A DNA stretch of 64,000 nucleotides from an uncultured Thermoplasmata archaeon. GTDB lineage: Archaea > Thermoplasmatota > DTKX01 > GCA-020343715. The number at the start of each line of letters is the position of its first letter. The stretch's first letter is position 1. The stretch covers positions 9,482 through 73,481 of the forward strand of contig CAYGVT010000023.1 of assembly GCA_964353355.1 (NCBI GenBank), written 5' to 3'. The notes under the pieces were generated by a model. That model was not told the DNA's origin and ran no database searches. It saw only the letters and a list, made by a program, of their open reading frames with translations. The translations under genes and the position numbers were made by a program. This document shows positions 1-8,109 of the stretch, in pieces.

Positions 1-186
1 GTGGTCGGTCTGGCGCTCGTGGGCGTGCCACGCCTTGACGACGCCTGGATGGCACACCGTCACGTAGGCCTGGCCGAACCGCTCGAAGAACTCATCGTCG
101 TCGGAGCGGAGGACCTCCATGAGCCAGCCGCGCTCGTCGTGGATGGGGCGGAGGGGCTTGACCTTCACGCCCTCGATGAGCCTCAA
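1..186 (-). CDS. rfbC: dTDP-4-dehydrorhamnose 3,5-epimerase (RmlC-like cupin), N-terminal part; gene runs off the window start
   Basis: Not in the ORF track because it is edge-truncated. My reverse translation of 186..1 gives (TTG)MRLIEGVKVKPLRPIHDERGWLMEVLRSDDDEFFERFGQAYVTVCHPGVVKAWHAHERQTDH. This shows the RmlC-type DERG and WH-H--Q-D motifs. The gene is divergent from rmlD/rmlA. Confidence 0.7.
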   Translation of the reverse strand, partial: MRLIEGVKVKPLRPIHDERGWLMEVLRSDDDEFFERFGQAYVTVCHPGVVKAWHAHERQTDH

Positions 187-250
187 CCTATCACCAAGAG
201 AGGATAGGGTTATAACTGGGGAAATATCTTTCGAGCGCTGGTAGGGTGCC

Positions 251-1219
251 TTGTACAAGTTGATGGTCGTCGGCGCGTCGGGCCTCCTGGGCCACGACGT
301 CTGCCACTTCATGCGCCACGACTTCCAGGTCGTCGGCACCTACCGGGACAACCCCCTGACCATGGGGGGGGTCCAGGCGGTCAGGATGGACATCCTGTCG
401 CCCCAGAGCGTGTCCTCGGTCATCAAGTCGACGCGGCCCGACATCCTGCTGATGTGCGCGGCCATGACCGGGGTGGACGCGTGCGAGGAGCAACCCGCGC
501 TCGCGGACGAGCTCAACCACAGGGGAGTGGTCCGGGTCGTCCAGGCGCTCGAGGGCATGCACACCAAGCTCGTGCACGTCTCGACCGACTACATCTTCTC
601 GGGCTCCCAGGGGCGCCCCTACCTCGAGACGGACCCGCCCACCCCGAGGTCCGTCTACGGGAGGACCAAGCTGCTCGGGGAGGGCGCCGCCCTGGCGCGC
701 AAGGGCGCGCTCGTGCTGCGGCTCTCGTCCGTCTGGGGCCCCGCCCCGCGCGAGGGCCGCGACAGCTTCGCCACGTGGGTCGTGAGCTCCCTAAGGGACG
801 GCATGGAGGTCCACCTCTTCAGCGACCAGCGCGTGACGCCCACCTACACGGGCGCGTTCGCGATGCTGTTCACGCGCGTGATGGAGCAGGACCTCACGGG
901 GCTCTACCACCTGGCCTCGAAGGACTGCCTGTCACGGCTCGAGACGGGCCGCATCCTCGCCTCCACGTTCGGGCTTGACGAGTCGCTGCTCGTGCCCACG
1001 CGCCTGGAGGACGCCGGGCTCAAGGCCCAAAGGCCGCCGATGAGCTGCCTGAGCACGGGCAAGCTCGAGCGCGCGCTCGAGGCGGACATGGACACCTACG
1101 CTGACGACGTGGCCAACTTCTACGCACGCGAGTCCAAGGCCCTCATAGGCATCAAGGAGGGGGCGACGAAGGGAGGTCTCATAAATGAAAGGCGTCATCC
1201 TCGCGGGCGGGACGGGTAG
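251..1219 (+). CDS. rfbD: dTDP-4-dehydrorhamnose reductase (RmlD)
   Basis: 322-aa ORF with a Rossmann N-terminus (MVVGASGLLG), STDYIF, and the YGRTK Tyr-x3-Lys motif. TTG start at 251, alternative ATG at 263. Confidence 0.85.
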   Translation: MYKLMVVGASGLLGHDVCHFMRHDFQVVGTYRDNPLTMGGVQAVRMDILSPQSVSSVIKSTRPDILLMCAAMTGVDACEEQPALADELNHRGVVRVVQALEGMHTKLVHVSTDYIFSGSQGRPYLETDPPTPRSVYGRTKLLGEGAALARKGALVLRLSSVWGPAPREGRDSFATWVVSSLRDGMEVHLFSDQRVTPTYTGAFAMLFTRVMEQDLTGLYHLASKDCLSRLETGRILASTFGLDESLLVPTRLEDAGLKAQRPPMSCLSTGKLERALEADMDTYADDVANFYARESKALIGIKEGATKGGLINERRHPRGRDG

Positions 1220-1931
1220 CCGGCTCAGCCCGCTCACGAAGGTCACGAACAAGCACCTGCTGCCTGTGTACGACGAGCCGATGGTCTTCAAGGTCGCGCG
1301 CACGCTGCTCGGCTCGGGCGTCAGGGACATCATGGTCGTCCTCGGCGGCGAGTCCGTGGGCGACATGGTGCGGCTGCTGGGCAGCGGCAAGGACTTCGGG
1401 AGGGACGTGCGGTTCACCTACGTCTACCAGGACCGCGCGGGGGGCATCGCCGAGGCGCTTTCGCTCACCGAGGGCTTCGTCGGCGACGACGACGTGGCGG
1501 TCATACTGGGCGACAACATCTTCGAGGACACCTTCGGGAGGCACGTCAAGGCCTTCGCCAAGGACCGCGGGAGCGAGTGCTACCTGTTCCTCAAGCGCGT
1601 GGACGACCCCGCGCGGTTCGGCGTGGCCGAGCTCGACCGGTCGGGCCGCATCGTGGACATCAAAGAGAAGCCCAAGCGCCCCAGGTCGGACTGGGCGGTG
1701 ACGGGCCTCTACCTCTACCGCGCGAACGTGTACGCCGCCATCCGGGAGGTCATCGACCGCACCGGGTACAGCGCGCGGGGCGAGCTGGAGATAACGGACG
1801 TGAACAACGTCTACGTCAAGCGCGGCACGGCCAAGGGCAACGAGGTCAAGGGCTTCTGGTCGGACGCGGGCAAGTTCGAGACGCTGCTGCGGTCGGCGGA
1901 CTTCGTGGCAGGCCAGGGCGGACGGGAGTGA
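1185..1931 (+). CDS. rfbA: glucose-1-phosphate thymidylyltransferase-like sugar nucleotidyltransferase (RmlA, short form)
   Basis: MKGVILAGGTGSRLSPLTKVTNKHLLPVYDEPMV signature. It overlaps the rmlD 3' end by 35 nt. Confidence 0.85.
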   Translation: MKGVILAGGTGSRLSPLTKVTNKHLLPVYDEPMVFKVARTLLGSGVRDIMVVLGGESVGDMVRLLGSGKDFGRDVRFTYVYQDRAGGIAEALSLTEGFVGDDDVAVILGDNIFEDTFGRHVKAFAKDRGSECYLFLKRVDDPARFGVAELDRSGRIVDIKEKPKRPRSDWAVTGLYLYRANVYAAIREVIDRTGYSARGELEITDVNNVYVKRGTAKGNEVKGFWSDAGKFETLLRSADFVAGQGGRE

Positions 1932-1953
1932 GGGCACCGGGGGACATCGAAGC

Positions 1954-2703
1954 ATGGGCAAGGACCGCTGCTACCTGGCGCTGCGCCTCGTCGCGTTCGA
2001 CAGGGCGCGCAACACCTTCCAGTGGGTCACCCAGAGGTTCGCCCCCTACCCCTGGATGACCTCGATAGAGCGGCACATCATGGTCGGCCTCCTCGGCCGG
2101 CACAGGCCCTCGACGTGCCTCGAGTGGGGGTCCGGGTACTCGACGAAGTACTTCCCCAGGTTCTCGCCGCCCCTCGTGCGGTGGGTGGCGGTCGAGCACG
2201 ATGCCAAGTGGCACGGCATGATGGGGGGCATCGTCAACGACCCGAGGGTCGAGCTCGTCCACGTGCCCCCCGACAGGCAGCCGTTCTCGGGCCCCGAGAA
2301 GGATGGGACCTACGAGGAGCTGCGCCGCTACGTCGACTACCCGGGCGGCCTCGGGACGAGGTTCGACCTGATCATGGTCGACGGCCGCGCGCGCGAGGCG
2401 TGCATGGACAAGGCCCACGGCCTGCTCACGGAGAGGGGGCTCGTGGTGCTGCACGACGCCCAGAGGGACTACTACCGCGCCGCCGTCGACCGGTACGCGC
2501 ACAGCTACACCTTCGTCGACCCCCGGAACGGGAAGGCCCTGTCCGTGATGGGCGACGCCGTCGACCCAACGGCCCTCATCGACGTCGGGGCCATCGAGGG
2601 CATCGCGAGGTGCGCGATGCGCCTGCACACCCGGCTCGAGGCGCCCTTGCAGGACGTGCTCGTCCGCCTGCGGCCCTCGGCCAAGCAGATATTCACCGAC
2701 TGA
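1954..2703 (+). CDS. class I SAM-dependent methyltransferase-like protein
   Basis: 249-aa ORF with strong GC3. It has a CLEWGSGYST glycine-rich motif-I-like segment and an acidic loop (LIMVDG) as in small-molecule/sugar O-methyltransferases. The family assignment is tentative. Confidence 0.55.
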   Translation: MGKDRCYLALRLVAFDRARNTFQWVTQRFAPYPWMTSIERHIMVGLLGRHRPSTCLEWGSGYSTKYFPRFSPPLVRWVAVEHDAKWHGMMGGIVNDPRVELVHVPPDRQPFSGPEKDGTYEELRRYVDYPGGLGTRFDLIMVDGRAREACMDKAHGLLTERGLVVLHDAQRDYYRAAVDRYAHSYTFVDPRNGKALSVMGDAVDPTALIDVGAIEGIARCAMRLHTRLEAPLQDVLVRLRPSAKQIFTD

Positions 2704-2739
2704 TGGCGGCCGCGCGGGGGGACTCCCATCCAGGTGCGC

Positions 2740-2756
2740 AAAGGCTTTATTATCCC
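2740..2756 (+). promoter_or_regulatory. BRE/TATA-like box upstream of the glycosyltransferase gene
   Basis: caaaggctttattatccc is an AT-rich island in GC-rich DNA, about 35 nt upstream of ATG 2786. Same AAAGG-N-TTATTAT pattern as other boxes in the window. Confidence 0.45.
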
Positions 2757-2785
2757 AGGGAGGATACTCCGACTCGAAGGAGTGG

Positions 2786-3955
2786 ATGCATCTGGCAGGC
2801 TCGGGGGGGCCGCCTGGGCCCGCGATGATCGTCAGCTACTACTTCCCCCCGCTCAACTTCCCCAGGTCCATCCGCGTGCACTTCCTGCTCCGGGCCCTCG
2901 AGCGCATGGACAGGCGCGCGGTGGGCCTCACGGCACGCCTCGAGAACTGGGGCGTCGACGGCTCGCTCGGCGACATGCACGGGGCCGAGGTCGTGCGCGT
3001 CCAGGGCCGCGTCTTCCGCGCCCGCGTGAGGGTGCACGTGCTGCCCCACCTGTACCTGGGCTGGCTGGCGTTGCCGTTCGCGAGGGGCGCGGCGGAGGTC
3101 CACAGGAGGCGGCCCGCCTACATCCTCGGTGTGGGGATGCCGTTCAACAGCCCCCTCATAGCCTACCTGCTCTCGAAGCTCTCGGGCACGCCGATGTTCG
3201 TGGAGCTCGGCGACCCATGGTCGATGAACCCGGACCCGGGCCGCCCCGTGCGCGGCCTCACGAGGTGGCTGATGGAGGCCATCGAGGGGCGCGTGTTCGC
3301 GCACGCGCGGGCGGTCTTCGTCACCACCGAGAAGGTCAGGGCGGACTACGCGCGCAGGTACCCCGGTTGCGCGGACCGCATCCGCATCGCGCGCAACGGG
3401 TTCTCGAGCGAGGCCCTCGAGGAGGCCCCCTCGGTGCCCCTGCCCGGGTCCGGCGCGAGGGTGCTCCACATGGGCGCCTACTGGCCGATGCGCGTGGGCC
3501 TCGGGCCGCTCAAGGAGGCCGCCGATTCCCTGCGCTCGGGGGGCAAGGGCCTCACGCTCGTGTTCGTGGGCGCGTTCGAGGGCGAGAGCCCCGACGCCGG
3601 GCTCATCTCCCTCCCCCAGACGGGGCTGAGGGAGGCCATCGGGATGATGAAGTCGGCGGACGTGCTGCTCGCCTACGGCAACCGGGGCGGGGCGCTCATC
3701 CCCTCCAAGGTCTACTGGTACCTCGGCACGGGGCGGCCCATGCTCATCATCGTCGAGGGCAGGGACGTCATGGAGGAGGAGCTCCGGGGCATCCCCCAGG
3801 CCCGCGTCGTCCAGAACGACGCCGCCTCCATCGGTGCGGCCCTCAGGGAGCTCCTCGCTCCGCGCACCGGCGCGGTGGTGCCGGAGCGGTTCGACTGGGA
3901 CCGCGCGAACGTGGAGTACCTCGAGCTCCTCGACAGCCTCGCGGGCGCGGGGTGA
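2786..3955 (+). CDS. GT-B (GT4-like) glycosyltransferase
   Basis: MIVSYYFPPLNFPRS N-terminus typical of GT4. The C-terminal half resembles Glyco_trans_1 (SADVLLAYGN...PSKVYWYLGTGRPML). Alternative start ATG 2825. Confidence 0.75.
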   Translation: MHLAGSGGPPGPAMIVSYYFPPLNFPRSIRVHFLLRALERMDRRAVGLTARLENWGVDGSLGDMHGAEVVRVQGRVFRARVRVHVLPHLYLGWLALPFARGAAEVHRRRPAYILGVGMPFNSPLIAYLLSKLSGTPMFVELGDPWSMNPDPGRPVRGLTRWLMEAIEGRVFAHARAVFVTTEKVRADYARRYPGCADRIRIARNGFSSEALEEAPSVPLPGSGARVLHMGAYWPMRVGLGPLKEAADSLRSGGKGLTLVFVGAFEGESPDAGLISLPQTGLREAIGMMKSADVLLAYGNRGGALIPSKVYWYLGTGRPMLIIVEGRDVMEEELRGIPQARVVQNDAASIGAALRELLAPRTGAVVPERFDWDRANVEYLELLDSLAGAG

Positions 3956-3987
3956 GCGTAGGGCCATGGGCGCGGCCCGCTGGTCCG

Positions 3988-6900
3988 CTAGCCCGCACGC
4001 CGCTCCTTCCTCACCTCGTAGAGCATGATGGCCGATGCCACGAGCAGCGCGACTGCGATTGCGAGGATGATGCTCGAGTTCCTGACGAGGAGGCTCCCCC
4101 CATCGTCGACGCCGTCATCCCCGCCGTCCCCGTCCGTGGGGGCCTTGACGACCTCGATCTCGACCCTCGCCTCCCTGAAGAGCTCGCCATCGGAGACCCT
4201 CACCGTGATGCGGTGCACGCCGACGGGGAGCGTGGAGGTCGTGAAGCCCGTGTCGTTCTGCGTCGTGAGGCTCCTGAGCAGCCCCGTGACGTCGGACGTC
4301 CAGTAGACGCTGAGCACCTGCCCGTCCGCCATGTCGGGGTCCGCCACCTGGACCGAGAAGGCGATGGCCTCACCCTCCTGGAACCTCGAGCCGTTTGCGG
4401 GGGAGAGTACGACGGGCATCTCGGGTGGCGAGTTGGTCCGGGCCCTGATGTGAATGGAGAGCAGCTCCTCGTCATAGCCACCCCTCCTGTCCGAGACCTT
4501 GAGCGTCACCGTGACATTCGTGGGCGAACCCGCCAGGGCCTTCAGCGAGAGCGTGCCGTTGGGATAGGCCGTCGCGCCGGGCCAGGCGGTCTCGAGGTCG
4601 TAGTCGAAGAGCACGTCGTCCTCGTCCTCGACGATGATGGGCAGCAGGAGCGAGGCCCCAGTGTCCATGGATATCGATATGGGGGGGTAATGGTCCCCGA
4701 CGGCGACGATGTGCGGTGGGTCGTTCACCTCGATGACCTGCACGTGGAATGAGCCGGCCGTGCCCGAGATGCCGTCGAAGACCGTGAAGCCCACGTCCTG
4801 CCCCTCGACCCAGGCGGGGAACAGCAGCGTCACGACGAGCCCCGTGACGCGGACCACGGCGCTGTTCTCCAGCCGCACGGTGAGGCGGTAGAGCGGCGTG
4901 TCCTCGTCGCTCACGTAGGGGGCGAGGTCGAGGTCCACCGCCCCGTCCTCCCTCGCCAGGAGGTTGGGCACCGCGGACACGATGGGGGGGTCATTCACCT
5001 CCTGGACGTGCACCAGCAGCTCGAAGGGGACGGTCGTGGTCATGTCGGAGACGAGCACGACCACGACGGTGTCGAAGCCACCCAGGTGGTACAGGAAGGT
5101 GAGCACCTGCCCGGACACGGTGCAGTTCGGGTCCCGCACCTCGACCGTGAGCGCGTCGATGGGGGTGTCCTCGTCGCGGAGGAAGCGTGTGAGGTCCAGC
5201 GGGGTGGGGCGGTCCTCGACCGCCGTGAACTCTTCGAGGCCCGCCACCGTCGGCGGGTCGTCCACCGGCGTCACGGTGAAGTGCAGCAAGACCAAGACGC
5301 CCGCCTGCCCGTCCGAGACCTCGACCGTGAGGAAGTGCTCACGCACCCCCTCCGGGAAGAGCACCGTGAGGTCGAGCCCGTCGATGGACGCGTAGGGGTC
5401 CCTCGTGCGTAGCCGCAGCTGGTCGAACGGGGTGTCGACGTCCCTCACGTGCGGGCCGAAACTGACCGTCATGGGCACGTCCTCGGTCGCCGTGTACTCC
5501 CGGGGGATGTCGCACGTTGGCGGGTCGTTCACGGGCTGGACGGTGACGTTCACGACCGCGGGCACCACCGAGAAGCCGTCCGAGACGCCTATCGGGACCG
5601 CGGCGGCGGTGACGCCCTCAGTGAAGAGGAAGGTGAGCGTCCGGCCGGCGGACGCGACCACGTAGGGGGAGCGGGAGGACACCGTCAGCACGCTGAGGGG
5701 CGTGTCGGGGTCCGCCACGTAGGGGGAGAAGTCGAACGTGAGCGGCACGTCCTCCACCGCCTCGAGCGACGGGAGGGCGAGCCATCTGGGCGGAAGGTCC
5801 AGGACCAGGCTCATGACGAAGGCGTCCGAGGAGCCGGCGAGCTGCGTCTGGTGGGCGCCGGCCGTCGTTGGGAAGTTGCCGCTGGACGTCCAGCCCGTCA
5901 TGTAGACCTTGCCCGCGGGGTCAAGCGCGACGCTGCTCGTGCGGTCGAACTTGCTCCCGCCAAGGAATGTCGAGTGCTCGAGGGCGCACGAGGAGTTCAG
6001 CTTGATGAGCAGCCCGTCCAGGGCGCCGTTCTGGACCGGGTCGATCGCCCCATCGGTCGTCGGGAGGTCGGCGCTCGCGGTCTGGCCCACCACGTAGGCG
6101 CTCCCACGGGCGTCGACGGCGAGGACGATGCCGTAGTCGTCGAGGCTCCCCCCGATGTAGGTCGAGGAGAGCAGCGTCGTGAGGTTCGCGCTGAGCCGGC
6201 TCACGATGATGTCCCTCTCGCCGGTCAGCGTGCGGCAGAACGCCCCCTCGGTCGTGGGGTAGTCGTTGCCGGTGGTGTGCCCCGTGAGGTAGACGGAGCC
6301 GTCCGGGCCGAGCGCGACGTCGAGGATGGTGTCCTCGTAGAAGCCCCCGATGTAGGTCGAGCGCAGGACCTCGGAGCCGTCTCCGGACAGCCATAGGGCG
6401 TAGCCGTCGAACCGTGCGTTGTAGGACTCGTCGTAGGCGTCCGCGGACACGGGGAATCCCATGCTGCGCGTCGTGCCCGCGACGAGGATATTGCCGTCCT
6501 GGCCGAGCGCGATGGCCTCGCCGGCGTCGTAGTTCTCGGCCCCCAGGAAGGTCGAGAAGACCAGCCTGTCCCCCGGGGCGCTCAGCCTCGCGACGAATGC
6601 GTCGTACACCCCGCCGTTCCAGCTGCGATCGAGGGCGCCCGCTGTCGTGGGGAACGCCATGCTCCACGTGGTGCCGACCACGCACGCCTCGCCCTTGCCG
6701 TCCGCCACGACCTTCCAGCCGCGGTCATCGCTGATGCTCCCGAGGTAGGTCGCGTAGTCCAGCGCGCTCCCGCTCGCGTTGAGCTTGAGGACGAACGCGT
6801 CGGTGTTCCCGTTGTAGGTCCGGTCATAGGCGCTCAAGGAGACCGGGAGGTCGGTGCTCCTCGTCTCGCCCGTGAGGTAGACCGCGCCCGAGGGGTCGAC

Positions 6901-8109
6901 GTACATGCCGTAGCAGTAGTCGGTGTCGGAGCCGCCGATGAAGGTACCGTAGAGGACCCTCGAGAGGTCCGAGGTCAATGCGCACACGTACAGGTCCTGG
7001 CCGGCCACCTGGTTGTCGTAGGTGATGGGGGTTATGGGAAAGTCCTGGCTCTGCGTGTGGCCCATGGCGTAGACGGTCCCGTCCTTGCCCAGGGCGACTT
7101 TGATGCCGTTCTCGACCTCCGTCCCGCCCAGGTAAGTTGAGTGCTCTATGGCGGGATCGATGACCAGGGGAAGCGTCTCGTCGCGCCCCTCGACCTCGAA
7201 GCCCACCGCGCACTCGGTGAGGAGGCGGAAGGCGCAGCCCACGGGGTGGCGCACGCCGCCGACCTCCTGGAAGGCCACGGGCGCATGGTCCCTCACCTCG
7301 CCCCCGTCCGTCCGTGCGATGAGGTCGCCCGTCGCATCGTCGACCTCGAGTTCCCGCGCCCCCTCGTAGGAGAGCTGGACCCTGGCGAGGTCCGCGTAAG
7401 GCTCCAGGAGGACGTCGTACTTGAGCGCCCCGCCCTCGATGCGGTAGACCAGGTCCACGCCTGGCCACAGGCCCCTGTAGGTCACCACGGCGTAGTCGGG
7501 CGCCCCCGCGACGTGGCGGGAGGGGTCGTTCCCGACCAGGAGGCTCGTGGTGCTGCCGAGGGGGCGCTCCCCCGAGGGTCGCGCCCCGCTCGCCCCCAGG
7601 AACCTCACGCGCAGCTCGGACGCGCCCTGTCCCCCCTCCGGGGCCCCCGTGCGGACCAAGACGCCTTCCCCGTCGAGACGCGCTGTCATCGGACCGCACA
7701 TCGCCAGGAAGCCGTCCACGCCCCCGGCGGGGCTCGCGCCAAGCCCGATGAAGCGCCCCGTGTAGGGGGAGAGCCGCTCAATGACCTCGGAGGCGCTCGG
7801 GTGGGGGGCGGCGTGGCCCATGAGCGGGGCGTCCGAGGCCGTTGTGGCCGGCGGTTGCGCCAGGGCCGTTGACCCAGCGAGGGCGGACATGAGGCACGCG
7901 AAAGGCGCGAGGAGGAGGGCGATTGCGATCAGCGGGACCGCCGCGCGCCATCCTCGTTCGCGGGCACGGCCTTCGCGGGTGCCTCCAGGGAACCCCACCA
8001 GCGCCGAGCGGCACATCGACGGCACGCCCCCGCCGGCGTCCACGTCCAGTCCAATGCCCCGGCCCATTCCCCGGCCTATTCCCCGGCCCGTCATCTGGCC
8101 CAACCCCAT
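3988..8109 (-). CDS. giant surface protein A: signal/TM, SBBP beta-propeller repeats, VNDPP ~95-aa tandem repeats, Ig/PKD-like module, C-terminal TM anchor
   Basis: Recurrent STY(L/I)GG...D.G..(I/V)A.D..G..Y(V/L)(T/A)G.T.S.DFP.T.GA motif in about 8 copies. Four to five repeats end in V(N/D)DPP. The C-terminus is IILAIAVALLVASAIMLYEVRKERRAG. Start chosen at ATG 8109 (TGATG overlap with the upstream stop). Alternatives are 8097, 8067 and 8016. The track ORF start at 8388 overlaps the upstream gene. Confidence 0.8.
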   Translation of the reverse strand: MGLGQMTGRGIGRGMGRGIGLDVDAGGGVPSMCRSALVGFPGGTREGRARERGWRAAVPLIAIALLLAPFACLMSALAGSTALAQPPATTASDAPLMGHAAPHPSASEVIERLSPYTGRFIGLGASPAGGVDGFLAMCGPMTARLDGEGVLVRTGAPEGGQGASELRVRFLGASGARPSGERPLGSTTSLLVGNDPSRHVAGAPDYAVVTYRGLWPGVDLVYRIEGGALKYDVLLEPYADLARVQLSYEGARELEVDDATGDLIARTDGGEVRDHAPVAFQEVGGVRHPVGCAFRLLTECAVGFEVEGRDETLPLVIDPAIEHSTYLGGTEVENGIKVALGKDGTVYAMGHTQSQDFPITPITYDNQVAGQDLYVCALTSDLSRVLYGTFIGGSDTDYCYGMYVDPSGAVYLTGETRSTDLPVSLSAYDRTYNGNTDAFVLKLNASGSALDYATYLGSISDDRGWKVVADGKGEACVVGTTWSMAFPTTAGALDRSWNGGVYDAFVARLSAPGDRLVFSTFLGAENYDAGEAIALGQDGNILVAGTTRSMGFPVSADAYDESYNARFDGYALWLSGDGSEVLRSTYIGGFYEDTILDVALGPDGSVYLTGHTTGNDYPTTEGAFCRTLTGERDIIVSRLSANLTTLLSSTYIGGSLDDYGIVLAVDARGSAYVVGQTASADLPTTDGAIDPVQNGALDGLLIKLNSSCALEHSTFLGGSKFDRTSSVALDPAGKVYMTGWTSSGNFPTTAGAHQTQLAGSSDAFVMSLVLDLPPRWLALPSLEAVEDVPLTFDFSPYVADPDTPLSVLTVSSRSPYVVASAGRTLTFLFTEGVTAAAVPIGVSDGFSVVPAVVNVTVQPVNDPPTCDIPREYTATEDVPMTVSFGPHVRDVDTPFDQLRLRTRDPYASIDGLDLTVLFPEGVREHFLTVEVSDGQAGVLVLLHFTVTPVDDPPTVAGLEEFTAVEDRPTPLDLTRFLRDEDTPIDALTVEVRDPNCTVSGQVLTFLYHLGGFDTVVVVLVSDMTTTVPFELLVHVQEVNDPPIVSAVPNLLAREDGAVDLDLAPYVSDEDTPLYRLTVRLENSAVVRVTGLVVTLLFPAWVEGQDVGFTVFDGISGTAGSFHVQVIEVNDPPHIVAVGDHYPPISISMDTGASLLLPIIVEDEDDVLFDYDLETAWPGATAYPNGTLSLKALAGSPTNVTVTLKVSDRRGGYDEELLSIHIRARTNSPPEMPVVLSPANGSRFQEGEAIAFSVQVADPDMADGQVLSVYWTSDVTGLLRSLTTQNDTGFTTSTLPVGVHRITVRVSDGELFREARVEIEVVKAPTDGDGGDDGVDDGGSLLVRNSSIILAIAVALLVASAIMLYEVRKERRAG

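Noticed and set aside
1-207. 68-aa plus-strand ORF at the window start
   Set aside because: The opposite strand in this interval translates to a clean RmlC N-terminus. The plus-strand product has no recognisable features.
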